A stretch of 64,000 nt of DNA from Chloroflexota bacterium (GTDB lineage Bacteria > Chloroflexota > UBA6077 > JACCZL01): positions 151,840 to 215,839 of the forward strand of contig JADZEM010000187.1 of assembly GCA_020850535.1 (NCBI GenBank). Direction: 5' to 3'. Shown here piece by piece: positions 60,072 through 64,000 of this stretch. How positions within the stretch are numbered: position 1 is the first letter of the stretch; each line of letters opens with the position of its first letter. A program made the position numbers and the translations under genes. The notes beneath the pieces were generated by a model. It searched no databases. It was not told the origin of the DNA and worked only from the letters and a program-made list of their open reading frames with translations.

Positions 60072-60410
60072 TCAGCCAAGCAGCGCCTCACCTTCGGTCA
60101 TCGCGTGCTGAAGCAGCGGGTCAGACTCGGCGCACTCGTCGACCTCGTCGGGCGTGTAGACGAGGTAGCGCGTCCCGACTCGCGGTCGCAGGTGGCTCTC
60201 CCAGAACTCGCCGCGCCGCTGGAACGGCTCGTCAGTCTCTTGCACGATGACCAGCTCAAGCTCGGTTTCAGGATCGACCTGCCCGCGCGCGAACTCCCCG
60301 ACGATCCAGGTGGCCATCGCACCGTAGGGCGGAGCCTCCTGGGCAAATCGGCGAGCCTCAGCCTCGAGCTGCTGCCGACGGTGATCTGAGAATCCGAACA
60401 TCATCGGCAC
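60072..60410 (-). CDS. minimal nucleotidyltransferase (MNT, antitoxin component of HEPN-MNT module)
   Basis: GEFARGQVDPETELELVIV, i.e. the G(S/E)xARG...D.E nucleotidyltransferase motif. Start GTG 60410 or ATG 60404. Confidence 0.7.
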   Translation of the reverse strand: MPMMFGFSDHRRQQLEAEARRFAQEAPPYGAMATWIVGEFARGQVDPETELELVIVQETDEPFQRRGEFWESHLRPRVGTRYLVYTPDEVDECAESDPLLQHAMTEGEALLG

Positions 60411-60435
60411 GAAGGAGACTCCAGAGAAAAAGAGT

Positions 60436-60527
60436 GGCCCTCACCCCACCGACTGTGGGAGTGACGGGGGACGGCCGTCCTGGGCGCTATGACCTGCCCC
60501 TCACCCCAACGACTGCGGGAGTGAGAC
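60436..60527. repeat. two tandem copies (59-bp period) of a small hairpin-forming unit gcccctcacccca(c/a)cgactg(t/c)gggagtga
   Basis: Direct repeat seen at 60436-60466 and 60495-60527. Each unit is itself an imperfect palindrome. Confidence 0.55.
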
Positions 60528-60590
60528 GAAGCTGCAACAGGCTCAGCACGCAACCATGCGACGCAGCACCATTGGTCACCCTCGGCGCCA

Positions 60591-60694
60591 ACTGTCATCC
60601 TGAGCTTGCGAAGGATCTCACCGACCGACACGACAGATCAGGTTGTGAGATCCTTCGACTCCGCTCGCAAGCTCGCCACGCTCAGGATGACAAT
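60591..60694. repeat. imperfect-palindromic intergenic repeat element, family copy D (termini GTCATCCTGAGC...GCTCAGGATGAC; arms gaaggatctcac/gtgagatccttc)
   Basis: The right arm tccttcgactccgctcgcaagctc...gctcaggatgac aligns with the right arms of copies A-C. The left arm is its inverted partner. Confidence 0.65.
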
Positions 60695-60739
60695 CGAGGC
60701 CTGAGTTTGTCCTCTAGACGTACCTGGAGTTGCTCACGC

Positions 60740-61792
60740 CTACACGTTGTAGAGGAACGGGTGGTTCTGCTCCGGCCAGATGTCTTCCTCGGTCAGCGGA
60801 TACGCTTCCTTCTTGTACACCTGGATGCGGTGCGAGCCGAAATCCGGGACGTACATCAGGTCGCCATCGATGCGGACGGAGGCCGGGCCACGGAACCGCT
60901 TCTGGATCTCCAGGGTCGTCATCTCACGACCACGGAGCACCTTCGGGTTCGCCATGATGTAGGTCCGCCCGCTCTTCGAGAGCGTCGCATCGCCGATGAA
61001 CTGCTCGACATACCGCCCGGTCAGGTCGAACAGGCAGATGCGATGGTTGCCACGGTCGGCCACGTAGATGTCGCCGTGCGCGTCAACCGCGATACCGGCC
61101 GGCAGCTTCAACTCGCCGTCGCCACTGCCTTCCTTGCCGAAGCTCAGCAGGTGCGTGCCGTCCGGAGAGAACTTCTGGACCCGGTTGTTGCCCCAGTCGC
61201 TGACGTAGAGGTCGCCCTTGATATCGATGGCGATGCCCCACGGCTGGTTCAACTGGCCGGCGCCACTGCCCCGCTCGCCAAACCCCTTGATGAACGTCCC
61301 GTCCTTGGCGAACTGCTGGACGCGATGGTTCTGGGTATCGACAACCCACAGGTTCTCGTCGGCGTCGAAGGCGATGCCCGACGGGCGGTTGAGCTGGCCC
61401 GGCTCGGTGCCGAACTGGCCCCAGGTGCCCAGGTGCGTGCCGTCAGGGTTGAACGCCGTGATCGTGTGCAGCCCCTCGTCGGAGACGTACAGCGTCTCGG
61501 CCTTGTCGCGGATGAGCTGGACCGGCCACATCAGCTTGCCCGGCTCCATGCCGCCGCCGCTGATGGTCCCCAGATCCTCGTCGGCCCAGTTAGTGCGGCG
61601 GATCGTCCCGCCCTGGCCGTCCTCGCGGCAGAGCACGAACAGCCGCTGGTCGTTGCCGATCACCACGTCCATGCAGAACGTGGTGACGCGACGCATCCCG
61701 AGCGTGGTGTAGTACGGGAAGCCGGCCCGCAGCAGCGCGTACGGAAACGTCTTCGTCGCGGCCTGCTGCGCGACTGGCGAATCAATTGCCAT
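60740..61792 (-). CDS. NHL-repeat six-bladed beta-propeller protein
   Basis: Six repeats of the (L/I)YV(A/S)D..N.R(V/I)Q.F...G NHL motif. ATG 61792 preceded by GAGGGGAGAG. Confidence 0.75.
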   Translation of the reverse strand: MAIDSPVAQQAATKTFPYALLRAGFPYYTTLGMRRVTTFCMDVVIGNDQRLFVLCREDGQGGTIRRTNWADEDLGTISGGGMEPGKLMWPVQLIRDKAETLYVSDEGLHTITAFNPDGTHLGTWGQFGTEPGQLNRPSGIAFDADENLWVVDTQNHRVQQFAKDGTFIKGFGERGSGAGQLNQPWGIAIDIKGDLYVSDWGNNRVQKFSPDGTHLLSFGKEGSGDGELKLPAGIAVDAHGDIYVADRGNHRICLFDLTGRYVEQFIGDATLSKSGRTYIMANPKVLRGREMTTLEIQKRFRGPASVRIDGDLMYVPDFGSHRIQVYKKEAYPLTEEDIWPEQNHPFLYNV

Positions 61793-61805
61793 GCTCGCTC
61801 TCCCC

Positions 61806-62978
61806 TCAGGCGCCCGCGGCCGTCTTGAACGGGCGAAGCTGCTCGTAGGTGCCGCCAACGATCTCGGTCGGGTCGAGGCCGAGCCACTGCTCCAACAGCG
61901 TGCCGTAGACGCCCCGGAAGTCGAAGGTGTGCCGCAGATCCTCGCCGTTCAGCCAGTCGGCCGGCTTCACGGACGGATACTCGGAGTAGAGGCCGCCCTG
62001 GATGCGGTCGCCGATCAGGAACGCGCCGCCGCCCGAGCCGTGGTCGGTGCCGCTGCCGTTGTCCTTCATGCGGCGGCCGAACTCGGTGAAGACCAGCACC
62101 GTCACGTTGTCCGAGGCGTTGTGCTCGCGCAGATCCTGCATGAACGCCCGCAGCGACTGGGTCAGCTCCGAGAGCAGGCGGAAGTGCGACGGGTTCTCCT
62201 GCGCGTGGTAGTCGTACCCGCCGTGCTGGGTGTAGAAGATCCGCGTGCCGAGGTTGGCCGTGTGGACCCGCACCACGTCGCGCAGGGACTTGCCGATGGC
62301 ACAGTCGGGATACTGCACCGAGGACGTGTACAGCCTCGGGGCCTCCTTCAGCATATCTGCGCCGGCCAGCACGCCGTTGCCGGTGTGCGCGAGGTAGTCG
62401 AGCACCATACCGGTGCCGATGGCCGGGGTGTACATGCGCTTGAAGAAGGAGAGGTCTTCCTGGCGCTGCTCGGCCGTCTGAATCGAGTTCAGCAGGCCGT
62501 AGTTGTCCAGGTTGTCGACCGAGGTTGCCGTGACGCCCGGCGCGGCCAGCGCGCGCGGCAGGCCACGCCCGAAGCTGACCGCCGTCAGCGGGTTGGAGCC
62601 CTGCGGATCGATCTCACGAACGACCTTCGCCAGCCAGCCCTCGGTGGCGATCTTCAGCGGCTCGCAGGTGTGCCAGATGTCCATCGCCCGGAAGTGCGAG
62701 CGGCTGGAGTTCTCGTAGCCGATGCCCTGGATGATGGCGACATCGCCCGCGAGGTACATGTCGCGCAGCGGGGCAGCTGCCGGGTGGAAGGCGAGCGTGT
62801 CTGTGAACGGAAGCTGATCCTTCTTGGCAACGTGCACCAGCGGACGTGCGTCGTAGTACGCGCCCTCGGTGAACGGGATGACGGTGTTCATGAAGTCGTT
62901 GCCGCCCGAAAGCTGCACGACGACCAGAACCGGATCCTTCTTCTTCGCGTGGCCGTTGGTGTGGCCGCTGACTGCCAT
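61806..62978 (-). CDS. DUF1501 (sulfatase-like) family protein
   Basis: VVVQLSGGNDFMNTVIP start typical of DUF1501, alkaline-phosphatase-like core, C-terminal GSGTDHGSGG. Start at the internal ATG 62978, or 63005. Confidence 0.75.
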   Translation of the reverse strand: MAVSGHTNGHAKKKDPVLVVVQLSGGNDFMNTVIPFTEGAYYDARPLVHVAKKDQLPFTDTLAFHPAAAPLRDMYLAGDVAIIQGIGYENSSRSHFRAMDIWHTCEPLKIATEGWLAKVVREIDPQGSNPLTAVSFGRGLPRALAAPGVTATSVDNLDNYGLLNSIQTAEQRQEDLSFFKRMYTPAIGTGMVLDYLAHTGNGVLAGADMLKEAPRLYTSSVQYPDCAIGKSLRDVVRVHTANLGTRIFYTQHGGYDYHAQENPSHFRLLSELTQSLRAFMQDLREHNASDNVTVLVFTEFGRRMKDNGSGTDHGSGGGAFLIGDRIQGGLYSEYPSVKPADWLNGEDLRHTFDFRGVYGTLLEQWLGLDPTEIVGGTYEQLRPFKTAAGA

Positions 62979-63068
62979 GAGGTCTGTCCCTCCTGCCGCC
63001 TGCATCGGCGGGCTGGTCGAGAACCGAGGCCTCGGGCCGTTGGCGGCCCGGGGCTGTTGTACGAACGA

Positions 63069-64000
63069 TCAGGCGAACTGGTACTCGCGGGAGGCGACCG
63101 TCAGGCGCAGCAAGCGGCCCACGCGCTCCTCACTCTTCTGGCGCTCGTCGTCCGAGCCGAAGCGCAGCTCGCCGTCGCGGGCGGCCAGCTCGACCAGCGC
63201 CTGCCGGGTCTCCGGCTGCACCTGCAACGGCCCGGCCAGGTCGAGCACGGTGTCCACCAGCTCCTCGGGGCCGAGCGGCCGGCCGTAGTCCGCCAGCCGT
63301 CGGATGATCGACTGCGGGCCGGGTTTCTTGACGTCGCTCACCTGGCTCACGGCGAAGTTGACGCGCTCGGTGAGCGTGCCGCCGTCGATCCACTCCTTGC
63401 CGGTGTGCCAGCCCTCCACGGTGGGCGGGTCCATCAGCGTCTGGCCCATGACGCGGGTCGCGCCGTCGAACGCCACGAGGCCCGGGTCCACCCCACGATG
63501 GGTGCCGGCCAGCTTGATGACGCCGGCCACCAGCTCGATGGGGCACTTGACCCGCTGGAACTGCGCGGCCTTGAAGAAGTCGCTGTTAAACAGCACGCGC
63601 ATGACCGAGCGGATGTCCGCATCCGAGTCCAGGAACGCCTTCGAGAGGGTAGCGATGGCCTCAGGGTCGCGCGGCTCCTGGACGCTCCAGGCCGGCACCT
63701 GCGCCTCATCCGCGACGAAGAAGTTGTACAGGTGGCGGCTCACGAAGCGAGCCGTCGCCGGCTGGCGGCAGATGATATCGACGATATCCTCGCCGTTGAA
63801 CTTGCCGGTGTTCCCGAGGAATGTCTTCTCGCTGTTGTCGTGGTCTTCCGGCTTGAACACGAACTTCGAAGCGTAGTGCCCGTACGGGTACAGCGGGATC
63901 GGCTGCTCGAACGTCCAGCCCGTGAAGGCGCGGGCCACGTTCTTGATGTCCGTCTCGGAGTAGTTGCCGATGCCCATCGAGAACAGCTCGAGGATCTCGC
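63069..64000 (-). CDS. DUF1800 family protein, C-terminal portion (continues beyond the window end)
   Basis: Open frame to the window edge. Conserved DUF1800 C-terminal region; canonical pairing with the downstream DUF1501 gene. Confidence 0.7.
   Translation of the reverse strand, partial: EILELFSMGIGNYSETDIKNVARAFTGWTFEQPIPLYPYGHYASKFVFKPEDHDNSEKTFLGNTGKFNGEDIVDIICRQPATARFVSRHLYNFFVADEAQVPAWSVQEPRDPEAIATLSKAFLDSDADIRSVMRVLFNSDFFKAAQFQRVKCPIELVAGVIKLAGTHRGVDPGLVAFDGATRVMGQTLMDPPTVEGWHTGKEWIDGGTLTERVNFAVSQVSDVKKPGPQSIIRRLADYGRPLGPEELVDTVLDLAGPLQVQPETRQALVELAARDGELRFGSDDERQKSEERVGRLLRLTVASREYQFA

Overview
The window is a high-GC (~68-70%) bacterial chromosomal segment with dense, mostly overlapping or translationally coupled genes. 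Its gene content is compatible with Chloroflexi or Actinobacteria-like lineages: a GlgE alpha-glucan pathway, an F420/LLM oxidoreductase and a T-box controlled trp operon.

Housekeeping blocks:
- treS-mak-glgE plus a GH57 enzyme (minus strand, 949-7909).
- A T-box leader followed by trpS-trpEGDCFBA (17152-25374).
- scpA; rluB-cmk; rplS-rnhB-yraN-dac; purA; rfbAB plus a BY-kinase and a Wzz-like protein; ybeY-pgpH-dgkA-yqeY.
- A dehydrogenase-lactonase-dehydratase sugar-acid operon.
- A DUF1800-DUF1501-NHL operon.
- larC translationally coupled to folC.

Features not explained by the housekeeping genes:
1. A family of GC-rich imperfect-palindromic intergenic repeats with termini GTCATCC...GGATGAC, present at four sites (about 10.1, 16.7, 27.2 and 60.6 kb). 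One copy carries a 4 x 38-bp tandem array and overlaps the 5' end of a divergent integrase-like gene. Copies sit beside toxin-antitoxin remnants: a DUF433 gene with a decayed DUF5615 partner, and a HEPN-MNT pair.
2. A separate 217-bp MITE-like element at 57001-57217 with perfect 16-bp terminal inverted repeats and a 9-bp target-site duplication.
3. A candidate Trp T-box riboswitch with promoter and terminator upstream of trpS and the whole trp operon.
4. Two adjacent zinc-ribbon/FHA proteins with PYGGQ low-complexity repeats, followed by a REC-GGDEF regulator with a variant AGDEI motif.
5. A LarC homolog with a His-rich N-terminal extension.
6. An internally deleted paralog fragment of an NAD-dependent epimerase next to its full-length copy.

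No rRNA, tRNA, CRISPR array or transposase gene was seen. Many long antisense ORFs in the six-frame track are high-GC artefacts.
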